NCBI GenBank assembly: GCA_027001995.1
Contig: JALTLO010000088.1
Location: 116,520-142,733, forward strand
Origin: Planctomycetota bacterium
GTDB taxonomy: Bacteria; Planctomycetota; GCA-002687715; DRQF01
Direction of reading: 5' to 3'
DNA length: 26,214 nt
Translations under genes and position numbers: made by a program
Part shown: positions 8,627 through 17,841 of the stretch, one piece after another
How positions within the stretch are numbered: position 1 is the stretch's first letter
Layout: each line of letters begins with the position of its first letter
The notes under the pieces: model-generated
Told to the model about the DNA's origin: nothing
Seen by the model: the letters and a program-made list of their open reading frames with translations, nothing else
Database searches by the model: none

Positions 8627-11239
8627 ATGATTGAGTCAATATTTAAGGGCGTAGTCCGCCTCTTTGGTTCTCACAATGAGCGCCAGATCAAAGCGAATCG
8701 AAAAGAAGCTGAGGTCATCGCTTCTTTTGAGCCCCAACTTGAAGTTCTCAGCGACGCAGATCTGCAGGCGAAGACGGATGAATTCCGTGACCGCCTAAAG
8801 AAGGGCGAAACTTTAGAGGACATCTGTCATGAAGCCTTCGCTGTGGTGCGGGAAGCCAGCAAGCGAATTCCCCCTCCCGGCGAAGAAAAAGGGCTCCGGC
8901 ACTACGACGTCCAGATGGTCGGTGGCTTGGTCTTGCATCGCTCCGGCATTGCCGAGATGGCTACCGGTGAAGGCAAGACGTTGGTTGCCACCTGTCCGGC
9001 CTATTTGAATGCCTTGGAGGGCAAGGGCGTTCATGTCATTACCGTGAACGACTACTTGGCTCTTCGTGACCGCAACTGGATGGCTCCTATCTTTGAATTC
9101 CTGGGCCTGACGGTGGGCGCGATTCAGAGTGAGATGACCAATAGTCAGCGTCGGGAGCAATATGATTGCGACATCACCTACGGCACCAACAACGAATTTG
9201 GCTTCGACTACCTTCGGGACAACATGAAGTCGCGGGTTGAAGACCAGGTCCAGCGCAGTCGCCATTACGCGATCTTGGATGAGGTTGATAATATCCTCAT
9301 CGATGAAGCGCGGACTCCTCTGATTATCTCTGGCCCTGGGGAAGGAGACACCCGCAAGTATTTCGACGCGGATCGCATCGCTAGGAAGCTGGAGATCGGC
9401 CGGGACTTTGAGATCAAGGAGAAGGAATCTCAAGCTCTGCTCACAGAAGAGGGCATCGTCAATGCCCAAAAGTTGGCTCACGTCGACGATTTCTATACGG
9501 GCTCCAATATGCAGTGGCCCCATTTGTTGGAGCAGGCATTACGAGCCCATCATCTCTTCTTCCGTGACAAAGACTACATGGTTGGCCAGGGTGATGAGGG
9601 TAAGACGGAAGTCATTATTATCGACGAATTCACCGGTCGCGCCATGGCTGGTCGCCGCTGGAGTGATGGCCTTCATCAAGCCATCGAAGCGAAAGAAAGT
9701 ATTTCCATCAAGGCAGAGTCCCAAACTCTGGCTTCGATTACCTTCCAAAACTTCTTTAAGCTTTACGATAAGCTGGCGGGTATGACCGGTACGGCTTTGA
9801 CAGAAGCCGGGGAATTCCTCAAGATTTACAATCTGAATGTTGTTGCCATTCCCACCAATCGGCCTATTGCTCGTCAGGACTTAGACGACAAGATCTACGC
9901 CGATCAAAAAGACAAGTACCGGGCCGTCGTTGAGGAAATCAAAGAAATTCACGCCACCGGGCGGCCAATCCTGGTGGGTACCACTTCGATCGAGATATCC
10001 GAGAAAGTGTCCGCCATTTTGGACCGCAATGGCATCCAGCACAACGTCTTGAACGCCAAGCATCATGAGCGCGAAGCTGAGATCATTTCGAATGCTGGGC
10101 AAAAGAACGCTGTCACCATCGCCACGAACATGGCTGGTCGTGGTACGGACATCAAGCTCGGCCCAGGTATTGCCAAGGCTGGTGGACTTCATGTCTTAGG
10201 TACTGAGCGTCATGAATCCCGTCGTATCGATAATCAGCTCCGCGGTCGTGGTGGTCGCCAAGGAGATCCTGGGTCTACGCGTTTCTTCTTAGCGTTGGAC
10301 GATGATCTCATGAGGCGCTTTGCTTCTGACAATGTCGCCAACCTTTTGAAGAAACTCGGTCTAAAAGATGGACAGGCGATCGAACACAAGTGGATCAACA
10401 AGTCTATTGCGAATGCGCAGAAGAAGGTTGAGAACCGCAACTTCGAAATTCGTAAGAGCCTGCTTGAGTATGACAATGTCATGAATGAGCAGCGGAAGAT
10501 CATCTATGATCGTCGCCGCCAAATCCTCGAAGGACGTGAGCTTCGGGGCTTGATTGACAATATGTTTGATGAAGTGGTGGATGCCGCTGTTGGTCTCTAT
10601 GTCGACACAGAGCTGCCTGCTTCTGAGTGGGAATGGGATGCTTTGGAGCTGTGGTACAACAAGAAAACTGGTGACAGTTTCAAGTTGGATCGATCTCTCA
10701 AGGATCATGATGACATCGCAGACGCCCTTAAGACTCAACTCAGCAAGGACTACGACAAGTGCTATGAGCGCAGTGGCGAAGAGCGGATGGCGGTTCTTGA
10801 ACGCTACCTTCTCCTCAATGCCTTTGATGTTAAATGGAAAGAGCATCTCTCTGCTATGGACGCTCTCAAGTCCGGTATTGGACTTCGGAGCTTTGCCCAA
10901 ATCGATCCCAAGATGGAATATCGTCGGGAAGCCTTAGAGACCTTCCAAGAGATGATTGCCGCCATCTACGAAGAAGTCACTGACTTCATCTTGCGGGTAG
11001 AGATCCGCGAGGAAGAAACAGCATCAGCGAAGAACGTTTGGAGTCAACAAGAGGCGAGTAAAGAGCAATTCGGCGAGTACGACAGCAACCGTCAGCAGCA
11101 AGATGCGGCGGTGAGCCGTGATCAGAATGCAAAACCCGCCAAGCCATTTGTCCGTCAGGACGAAAAAGTGGGGCGCAATGATGCTTGTCCTTGTGGAAGT
11201 GGCAAGAAGTACAAGAAGTGTCACGGTTCAGGAGCCTAA
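8627..11239 (+). CDS. secA: Preprotein translocase ATPase SecA
   Basis: MATGEGKT, DEVDNILIDEARTPLIIS, ATNMAGRGTDI, RRIDNQLRGR and the C-terminal SEC-C motif GRNDACPCGSGKKYKKCHG. Confidence 0.99.
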   Translation: MIESIFKGVVRLFGSHNERQIKANRKEAEVIASFEPQLEVLSDADLQAKTDEFRDRLKKGETLEDICHEAFAVVREASKRIPPPGEEKGLRHYDVQMVGGLVLHRSGIAEMATGEGKTLVATCPAYLNALEGKGVHVITVNDYLALRDRNWMAPIFEFLGLTVGAIQSEMTNSQRREQYDCDITYGTNNEFGFDYLRDNMKSRVEDQVQRSRHYAILDEVDNILIDEARTPLIISGPGEGDTRKYFDADRIARKLEIGRDFEIKEKESQALLTEEGIVNAQKLAHVDDFYTGSNMQWPHLLEQALRAHHLFFRDKDYMVGQGDEGKTEVIIIDEFTGRAMAGRRWSDGLHQAIEAKESISIKAESQTLASITFQNFFKLYDKLAGMTGTALTEAGEFLKIYNLNVVAIPTNRPIARQDLDDKIYADQKDKYRAVVEEIKEIHATGRPILVGTTSIEISEKVSAILDRNGIQHNVLNAKHHEREAEIISNAGQKNAVTIATNMAGRGTDIKLGPGIAKAGGLHVLGTERHESRRIDNQLRGRGGRQGDPGSTRFFLALDDDLMRRFASDNVANLLKKLGLKDGQAIEHKWINKSIANAQKKVENRNFEIRKSLLEYDNVMNEQRKIIYDRRRQILEGRELRGLIDNMFDEVVDAAVGLYVDTELPASEWEWDALELWYNKKTGDSFKLDRSLKDHDDIADALKTQLSKDYDKCYERSGEERMAVLERYLLLNAFDVKWKEHLSAMDALKSGIGLRSFAQIDPKMEYRREALETFQEMIAAIYEEVTDFILRVEIREEETASAKNVWSQQEASKEQFGEYDSNRQQQDAAVSRDQNAKPAKPFVRQDEKVGRNDACPCGSGKKYKKCHGSGA

Positions 11240-11271
11240 TTTTCGTTTCTGACTTGTTGTGAGGGATAGGT

Positions 11272-12558
11272 TTGGTCGTGACCATCATTTTTGATTTGGT
11301 CTATGCCCTTGCGGCAATCTTGATCGGGCCCTTCTATTTGATTTGGCGGTGCTTCAAAGGCAAGGCCATGGCCCCCATGGCCGAGCGCTTGTTTCGCTTT
11401 CCGGTCCCGAAATCGAAGAAACCCGTGGTTTGGATTCATGGGGTCTCCGTTGGGGAGATCCTGGCGGCCAGAGGCATCGTGGAAGGGCTTCGGGGGAGGC
11501 AGCCTTCGGTCGAAGTGGTGATCTCAGCTACCACCCCCACGGGTCTTGCCATCGCGAAGAGAGAATACCCGGAACTTCTTTGTCTCTATTGCCCTTTGGA
11601 CTTTTCTTCTTCTGTGGGGCGGGCCCTTAGCCAAATCCAACCCAAATTGTTTGTCCTCATGGAGCTGGAGCTGTGGCCCAATTTGCTTCTTGGATTGGCT
11701 CAGAGAAAGGTCCCAATTGTCCTAGCTAATGGCAGGCTCTCAGCTCGGTCGGCCCGGGGTTATGGTCGGCTCCAGAAGTTCCATGGGCGGCTCTTCACTC
11801 CCATCAGCAAGTTCTTGATGCAAGGAGAGGAACATCGGGACCGTCTGCTGCAATTGTCTGTGCCCGATGACCGGATTGAGGTTTTGGGCAACCTCAAAGT
11901 TGATAACCTGATGGTGGACCCTCGCGTCAGTGAAATTTTGAGTGACGAACTTGGTTTCCGAGAGGAAATGATCTTTGTTGCTGGCAGTACTCACTGCGGT
12001 GAGGATGAATCCGTATTTCGTGCTTACTTAACTGCTCGCAATAACTTAGGATCACTGCGATTGATCTTGGCCCCCAGGCACTTAGAGCGTCTGGATAGGA
12101 TCGAGTCTTTGGCTGCTTCACTGGGGCTAAAGACAGTGCGGAGAAAAAGTGGCCAAGTTGCCGATGACAGATCTAATAGCGTTGTTCTGGTGGACACACT
12201 TGGTGAATTACCCATTTTTTTTGGGTTAGCCGATGTTGTTTTTCTGGGTGGCAGTCTGGCGAAAGTTGGTGGCCACAACGTTTTGGAACCCGCCGCTTGT
12301 GGGGTGTTTCAAATCCTTGGTCCTCACACATGGACGGTCCAAGGGTTGGTAGATGAACTCAAGGCTGTTGATGCGGTGGCCATCGTAAATGACGAGGCCA
12401 CCTTGTCGCAGGAACTGAGTGCGATATTAAGTAATAAGTCACGGCGCGAGGCAGCTCATTTGAGTGCCAAGCAAGTTGTGGCGCGCCACCGAGGCGCACT
12501 TGACCAAACAATGCGAGTCTTGGAGGAGTTTCTTCCAAGCCACAGTGACAGTGATTAG
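11272..12558 (+). CDS. waaA: 3-deoxy-D-manno-octulosonic acid transferase
   Basis: WIHGVSVGE, ELELWPN, GNLKVD, AGSTH, APRH and GGHNVLEPA motifs. Confidence 0.95.
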   Translation: MVVTIIFDLVYALAAILIGPFYLIWRCFKGKAMAPMAERLFRFPVPKSKKPVVWIHGVSVGEILAARGIVEGLRGRQPSVEVVISATTPTGLAIAKREYPELLCLYCPLDFSSSVGRALSQIQPKLFVLMELELWPNLLLGLAQRKVPIVLANGRLSARSARGYGRLQKFHGRLFTPISKFLMQGEEHRDRLLQLSVPDDRIEVLGNLKVDNLMVDPRVSEILSDELGFREEMIFVAGSTHCGEDESVFRAYLTARNNLGSLRLILAPRHLERLDRIESLAASLGLKTVRRKSGQVADDRSNSVVLVDTLGELPIFFGLADVVFLGGSLAKVGGHNVLEPAACGVFQILGPHTWTVQGLVDELKAVDAVAIVNDEATLSQELSAILSNKSRREAAHLSAKQVVARHRGALDQTMRVLEEFLPSHSDSD

Positions 12559-12577
12559 TCAAAACCAGGAGTCTTGA

Positions 12578-13744
12578 ATGAGTGAACGCAGAGTCTTCAC
12601 CTCTGAGTCGGTTTCGATGGGCCACCCCGATAAGGTGGCTGACCAGGTTTCTGATGCTATCTTGGATGCCATGCTTGAGCAGGATCCCAAGAGCCGCGTC
12701 GCCTGCGAAACTATGGTGACCACAGGATACGTTCAGATTGCTGGAGAAGTCACCAGCAGCGCAACAGTCGATATCCCAACCTTGATTCGCAAGGTCATTA
12801 GCGACATTGGCTATACATCTTCTGATATCGGTTTCGATGCGGAAAGCTGCGCCATTAATATTGCTCTCGACAAGCAATCACCGGACATCGCCCAAGGTGT
12901 GGACGATGACGACGGTTTGCATAAAGAGCAGGGTGCTGGTGATCAAGGAATCATGTTTGGTTACGCCTGCCGGGAAACCGAAGAATTGATGCCCATGCCT
13001 ATCATGCTGTCACATCAGTTGATGGCTTATTTGGCCGAGTGCCGCCAGACTGGTGCTGTTGATTGGCTTCGCCCCGATTCCAAGTCTCAGGTGACTGTTG
13101 AATACGATGGTGAGACCCCTGTGCGGGTTGATACAGTCTTGATCTCGACTCAACACAATGAGGACGTTTCCCACGAAGAGATTGTCCGCTACATTGTTGA
13201 AGACGTCATCAAGAAGGTCATTCCAGCCGAGCTTCTTGACGACAAGACCGTCTATCACGTTAACCCAACCGGACGATTTGTCATTGGGGGTCCCATGGGA
13301 GATTGCGGTCTTACCGGCCGTAAGATCATTGTGGACACCTATGGCGGCATGGGGCGCCATGGTGGGGGAGCCTTCTCTGGCAAAGATCCTACCAAGGTTG
13401 ATCGTTCTGCTGCTTACGCTGCTCGCTGGGTTGCCAAGAACATTGTTGCCGCCGGTTTGGCTGATCGTTGTGAGTTGCAATTGAGTTATGCCATTGGTGT
13501 GGCTCAGCCTTTGTCGATCCGGGTGATGACCCAGGGCACCAACAAGATTGAGGAGTCTCGCATTGAAGAATTGGTGCGGGAGGTCTTCGACCTGCGTCCG
13601 GCTGCCATTGTCGATGACTTAGATCTTCTCAAGCCACGCTATCTTCAAACGGCTGCCCACGGTCATTTCGGGCGCAAGGAAGAGGCTTTCACTTGGGAAA
13701 GAACCGATCGGGCCGACGCCCTGCGGAAAGCCGCTGGCCTTTAG
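12578..13744 (+). CDS. metK: S-adenosylmethionine synthetase
   Basis: [19 protein letters not shown] and GGGAFSGKD motifs. AGGAG SD upstream. Confidence 0.99.
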   Translation: MSERRVFTSESVSMGHPDKVADQVSDAILDAMLEQDPKSRVACETMVTTGYVQIAGEVTSSATVDIPTLIRKVISDIGYTSSDIGFDAESCAINIALDKQSPDIAQGVDDDDGLHKEQGAGDQGIMFGYACRETEELMPMPIMLSHQLMAYLAECRQTGAVDWLRPDSKSQVTVEYDGETPVRVDTVLISTQHNEDVSHEEIVRYIVEDVIKKVIPAELLDDKTVYHVNPTGRFVIGGPMGDCGLTGRKIIVDTYGGMGRHGGGAFSGKDPTKVDRSAAYAARWVAKNIVAAGLADRCELQLSYAIGVAQPLSIRVMTQGTNKIEESRIEELVREVFDLRPAAIVDDLDLLKPRYLQTAAHGHFGRKEEAFTWERTDRADALRKAAGL

Positions 13745-13759
13745 TCGCCCTGAATCAAC

Positions 13760-13798
13760 AGAAGAACCCTGGTAACCAAGTTGCCGGGGTTCTTTTCT
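13760..13798 (+). terminator. Intrinsic terminator after metK
   Basis: AGAACCCTGGTAAC / GTTGCCGGGGTTCT stem with G-U pairs, followed by TTTCT. Confidence 0.8.
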
Positions 13799-13953
13799 GT
13801 CTTGACAGGGTGAATTTATCGTGTGAGTCCTAACTTATTCTACAGCCTATCCTTATGAATTTTGCCGAATGTCTGCAGGATGGCCCATTCTTTGCAATAA
13901 TAGGGGGCGGCTCAGTCCAGCAAGAAATCGTCCAAGAATCGAGCGACCCAATT

Positions 13954-14613
13954 ATGAATTCTCCCCGACCTTCTCAGCATGGCTTCACTTTAGTCGAGCT
14001 GCTCGTTGTGATTTCCATCATCCTACTCTTGGCGACCTTTGGTGTGACCAAGTTCATCGAAGGAAAGCGTGATGCTGAGATGGTGACATCGCAGGATCAC
14101 TTGGGGCAGATCCTTTACCACTTGAAGCGATTTGAAACGAAGAAGAGAAGTCTTCCTATCAAGCGCAAAGATGGCTCCTATTTCACCGGCTCCGAGTTTG
14201 TTTTGGCTATTTGGGATGATGCCATTCTGGACAAGACGGCGAACAACGCGAAGATCTTCTTCTGCCCCTCTTTGGCCCAACCACCGTTGACTGAGGATAA
14301 CTTGGAAGACATGGTGACGGCGGAGAGCATTCACTATGCCGGGCGTACTCAGGAGAACAAAGATTTCCGCATTGGGCGAAGCACCCAGGGTAAGCCTTCT
14401 AAGACAATTGTGGCTTGCAATAAGCCTTTGTTTGAAGGCCAAATCCCTCATGCGGGCCGAGCCTTGGCAGTCATCTACCTGGACGGCAGTAGTGGTGAAA
14501 TTTCACGGGAAGACTTTGGCCCTGACTGGGGCGATGATGAACCCCTTGCTATTGGCGAAGAGTCCCCAGTGGAAGCACTCCAAGGCCTCAGCGGAGCAGG
14601 TGACGACTACTAG
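13954..14613 (+). CDS. Prepilin-type N-terminal cleavage/methylation protein (DUF1559-like, PVC type)
   Basis: G|FTLVELLVVISII class III signal, FFCPS, and C-terminal HAGRALAVIYLDG (a 10-residue variant of H-X9-DG). Confidence 0.85.
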   Translation: MNSPRPSQHGFTLVELLVVISIILLLATFGVTKFIEGKRDAEMVTSQDHLGQILYHLKRFETKKRSLPIKRKDGSYFTGSEFVLAIWDDAILDKTANNAKIFFCPSLAQPPLTEDNLEDMVTAESIHYAGRTQENKDFRIGRSTQGKPSKTIVACNKPLFEGQIPHAGRALAVIYLDGSSGEISREDFGPDWGDDEPLAIGEESPVEALQGLSGAGDDY

Positions 14614-14634
14614 ACTATCGCCACAGTGTAGAAT

Positions 14635-14758
14635 GCGGCCACCGTTGATTTGAATCAGCTTGTACGGGGTTCATGGATTCCTGCACTTCCTGAGGTAAGG
14701 AGTGGCAACCATGCAATGTCATGGGGGTTGAAACAGCTGTTCCGAATCCGGACGCCGC
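14635..14758. ncRNA. Candidate structured RNA: long irregular hairpin with central bubble
   Basis: Nested pairings GCGGC/GCCGC, CCG/CGG, GATTTG/CGAATC, CAGCT/AGCTG, then a bubble, then CATGG/CCATG and CACTTCCT/AGGAGTG. Confidence 0.4.
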
Positions 14759-14989
14759 TGACGAGAGGCCTCCACAATAGGAAGGGCAGTCGCCCTTCTT
14801 GACTTCGAGGAGAATCCTGAACTTAAGAAGCGGTGAGTTTGGCCAGCACAATTTGGGAAGAATGTTGCTTGCAAGGCCGGGCGTAAATTCCTGAGATTCT
14901 CCCTCTTGGCGGTTCCTTGATTTGATCGGGTGAGTGGGGCGGGGCTTCGACAAAACTCTCCAGGTTTTCTCCCTATTCCAAGGCAATGT

Positions 14990-15420
14990 CGTGCTGCATC
15001 GAGAGAGCAATCGTTTTCGTTTGGGCGTTTCCTCCAGGTAACGAAGAGGGGGCACTGCCTTTCTGGATTGATCTGGGGGGGCTCAGCGAAATGCTCCAAA
15101 CCCCCTTTGCTGGGATATTTATCGCTATTTCGTCGTTTTTGTCGGCTTGGCACAATGGTTGCGACTTGTGGGGCCATGACAAACAAACGTGCCGTGTCTT
15201 TGACGCGATTGAGAGGGGGACGGTTTCCTTGCCCGTCCGGCTGGTTGTCGCTGGCGTAGCGAGACCGAGACGATAGCAGGGGCCCATGAGTATGGGGCTT
15301 GAACCGATGTCCATCGGTGCCGGAATATCACCCAGCACGCCCGGACTCAAAGCAGGCGTTTCGTATTCCACTTGTGGAATTCCGATCTTCTTGGGGTGTC
15401 GGTGCACAAGAAATCCCCAA
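14990..15420 (-). ncRNA. Unassigned structured RNA element, copy 1 (long form)
   Basis: No credible ORF. Dense hairpins with G-U pairs mostly on the minus strand. Six sequence blocks are shared in order with 17732-17937. Confidence 0.6.
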
Positions 15421-15430
15421 GTGCCCAATC

Positions 15431-15470
15431 GAAGGGCCGTTGTCTCCTTGGAAACAGCGGCCCTTTTCTT
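15431..15470. terminator. Probable bidirectional intrinsic terminator
   Basis: AAGGGCCGTTGTCTCC / GGAAACAGCGGCCCTT stem with a TTTTCTT tail on +. It lies about 27 nt after the stop codon of the minus-strand lipoprotein gene. Confidence 0.7.
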
Positions 15471-15496
15471 GCGTCATCATGGAATGAAAGAAAGTC

Positions 15497-15907
15497 TCAT
15501 TTGCGCTTCATGGTGAATTTCTTTCCTTCTGATTCGAAGAGGAGCTTGTCGCCATTGATGGTCGCGACGGCGAGTTTCTCTTTGCCGTCCACAGTGGTCT
15601 TGAGAGTGAGTTTGTCGCCGTCTGATTCTGTGACCTCGAAGTCGCTGCTTTTCTCTTTTGAGTCTCCCATGAGCTTCATCTTGCTTATGACCTTATTGCC
15701 GGAGAAAGTGATCTCCATGTCCATCGACTCAAGCACATTGAGCATGCCCTTCTTGCTGATCTCATTGGCGTCTTTGTATTCAGATGTCTCTTTGAAAGAG
15801 TCTATGTCTAGGACCCAAGTGCCTTGCAATTGGTCTTCTTTCGAGTCTGAGCAAGCGGCCGGAACCAGTAAGATTGCCAGAAACGCGATAACGTAGGTGA
15901 TTTTCAT
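15497..15907 (-). CDS. Small lipocalin-like lipoprotein
   Basis: Signal peptide with PAAC lipobox, LQGTW motif and beta-strand pattern. Confidence 0.7.
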   Translation of the reverse strand: MKITYVIAFLAILLVPAACSDSKEDQLQGTWVLDIDSFKETSEYKDANEISKKGMLNVLESMDMEITFSGNKVISKMKLMGDSKEKSSDFEVTESDGDKLTLKTTVDGKEKLAVATINGDKLLFESEGKKFTMKRK

Positions 15908-15925
15908 AATACTTGTCCTTCGGTT

Positions 15926-16441
15926 TTAGTGTTTCAGTATTCCAAGATAGGCTTGCCAAGGCCCGACGGCGTCTTTGAGCTGCCTGCTCATGACACGAGC
16001 GATTTGGGCGATGTGCCCTAAGTCGTGTACGACCCAGGTATTCAGCAGTTCACTGAGGGTAACCATACCAAACTCGGGGTGCTTCCCTGTGAGTGACAGT
16101 TGGGAGGGGGTTAAGTCGAGACTTCGGACCCGTTCTAAGTTGGCACCGCGGAGTGTGGCAAAGTTGCTTAAGAGCTTGGCTATTGAGGTGTTCTTGGGGA
16201 AGTTGAAACGGTCAAAGGGTGTGAACGTAACTTGTTCACCTTGCTGCAAGATGATCTCCAAGCGGGGAATCCAGTCAGTCTTTTCGCCATGAATGAGATG
16301 GGCCACGACATCAAGGGGGTTGAAAGTCCCTTCTCCTTCGTTTGACTCAAGCATCCGCTGAGGCGTGTCTGCCAAGAGGGCTTGAAGAATATGGGGTGTT
16401 CTCGAAAGCGTCCCCAGGATTTCTGAGATGGTCAAATTCAT
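15926..16441 (-). CDS. DinB/YfiT family protein
   Basis: DVVAHLIHGE, HPEFG and WVVHDLGHIAQI metal-binding histidines. The real start is probably ATG at 16441. Confidence 0.88.
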   Translation of the reverse strand: MNLTISEILGTLSRTPHILQALLADTPQRMLESNEGEGTFNPLDVVAHLIHGEKTDWIPRLEIILQQGEQVTFTPFDRFNFPKNTSIAKLLSNFATLRGANLERVRSLDLTPSQLSLTGKHPEFGMVTLSELLNTWVVHDLGHIAQIARVMSRQLKDAVGPWQAYLGILKH

Positions 16442-16650
16442 GACGGGGATTCCATCTGGGCCAAGGGGTGGAGCTATGGGATCAGATAGAAATCTAAAGG
16501 AGAGCGGAAGAGATTGCAAGCGTTGCCTTGGCTCAAGAGATAGGCTGTTCACCGTGGCAAAAGTGCCCCAAGAATCATCTCTGCTGAGGGGACAATGATG
16601 TAGGTGAGCAGTTAGAATGACGGAGGAATCTGAGACATTGGGGAGAGGAC

Positions 16651-17841
16651 ATGAAAGCAGTTGTTGTGGTGTTTGTTTTGGTGAGTGTGCTCTTTTGGAT
16701 TGCAACCTGGGAAGCGCCTCCTCCTTCCGAGGATCTGGAGGTTTCTCAGATTGAAGACCGGGATTTTCTTATTCGAGTCGTAGATGAGGCGGGAGTCCCC
16801 ATGGACCACGCTCTCGTTGTGATCATAGATCCGGATCAAGAGAAAATTCCGAACATGGCGTTTGATTACTTTCAGGCCCGCAATTTCAGACAGGGCATCA
16901 CGGGAGAGGATGGATCTTTTGCCGTCCGTGTAGCTGCCAATCAGGGAGATAAACTGTTCTATGCTCGAAGACTTCGTTTTTTGTGTCTCAGATTCGGGGG
17001 GGAACCCCTGGATGTCACGGTGGACCTGAACCCGAGCACCTCGGAAATAAAGTTAGTCATGCCGCCCACCCTCCGTTTGCATCTGAAGGTAGAGGATCAG
17101 GGGCGGGCGATTGAAGAAACAGCTCGTGTTGTTTGGGTGGCAGGGGATCGTTCACCAAACTTGGGGGGCAACACGCGTATACATCGAAGAGAGCCCCTGA
17201 GCAAAAACATCTTGGACTACCTTGTTAAGTGGGAAATGCCCGTCCCGCCGGCAGGGATCGTGCTTCGTGCCTTTGCACCCGGAGTTAAAATCGCCATGGC
17301 TATACAGGTGCCCCACTGTGAAAATGCCAAACAGGTCATTGCTTTGCCCAAGTGCGATGAACATCAAGCTGTCCTTCAAGTCGGCAAGAGAAAGGTCAGA
17401 CTACTGCTCTCCGTCGTGGATGAGAATGGCGATGACGCTCAAGCTCTTCTCGAGAACTCGAAGGCGGGGTGGTCCGTTGAGCTCTCCCAAGAGCATGATG
17501 AAGAGACGATCGCAAGAATGAAGAAAGTCAGAGAATCTCTCATGAAACGGGGGCGTCCTTTTCGAGTACCTTTGCGTACCCGGATTTTTCGCGGAAGAAA
17601 ACTGCTTCCGACAGGAAAGAGGCCCTTGAGGAGTTGCTCGAATGACGTGGGCCGAGACATCGCGTCGCTTCGGTGGTATGGCCCTGGGGCTGAAGGCAAA
17701 AAAACGCCCCACACCTTTCCCGAGATGTGGGGCTGCATCGCTGCCACTGCAACGAAGTGTGCTACCTCGGGGAGCATCTTCCCCTGTTCGTCGGAGGGCG
17801 GTTTGACGAACGGGGCGGCTCCGGGAGAGAACACTGTCTGA
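16651..17841 (+). CDS. Exported/membrane-anchored hypothetical protein with carboxypeptidase-regulatory-like beta domains; 3' end doubtful
   Basis: GAGGA SD, N-terminal hydrophobic segment, and repeated VVDEAGVP / VEDQG / VVDENG and TGEDGSF motifs. The last ~50-100 codons look atypical and overlap a structured element. Confidence 0.6.
   Translation: MKAVVVVFVLVSVLFWIATWEAPPPSEDLEVSQIEDRDFLIRVVDEAGVPMDHALVVIIDPDQEKIPNMAFDYFQARNFRQGITGEDGSFAVRVAANQGDKLFYARRLRFLCLRFGGEPLDVTVDLNPSTSEIKLVMPPTLRLHLKVEDQGRAIEETARVVWVAGDRSPNLGGNTRIHRREPLSKNILDYLVKWEMPVPPAGIVLRAFAPGVKIAMAIQVPHCENAKQVIALPKCDEHQAVLQVGKRKVRLLLSVVDENGDDAQALLENSKAGWSVELSQEHDEETIARMKKVRESLMKRGRPFRVPLRTRIFRGRKLLPTGKRPLRSCSNDVGRDIASLRWYGPGAEGKKTPHTFPEMWGCIAATATKCATSGSIFPCSSEGGLTNGAAPGENTV
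17698..17733 (-). terminator. Minus-strand intrinsic terminator
   Basis: Minus strand reads GCCCCACATCT-CGGGAA-AGGTGTGGGGC-GTTTTTTT (11-bp stem plus U7). Confidence 0.8.

Noticed and set aside
12559..12577. SAM riboswitch before metK (and likewise FMN riboswitch before ribD)
   Set aside because: The intergenic gaps are only 19 bp and 2 bp.
14723..14773. Hammerhead-like motifs GAAAC ... CTGACGA in type II order
   Set aside because: Stem I has at most 1-2 bp next to the core, stem II needs a 2-nt insertion, and the same bases fit the long hairpin better.
14930..14951. tmRNA-like start GGGGC...GGCTTCGAC
   Set aside because: No matching T-arm/CCA end or tag reading frame.
14990..15360. Group I intron-like order of helices (P3-P4-P6) and GAUGCAG resembling the S element
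   Set aside because: No P7 partner or G-binding pair is consistent in both copies, and no interrupted host gene is evident.
14615..15516. Short ORFs in the track across this interval, and antisense ORFs inside secA, metK, miaB and lspA
   Set aside because: They have no recognisable motifs and atypical composition, or are shadows of real genes.
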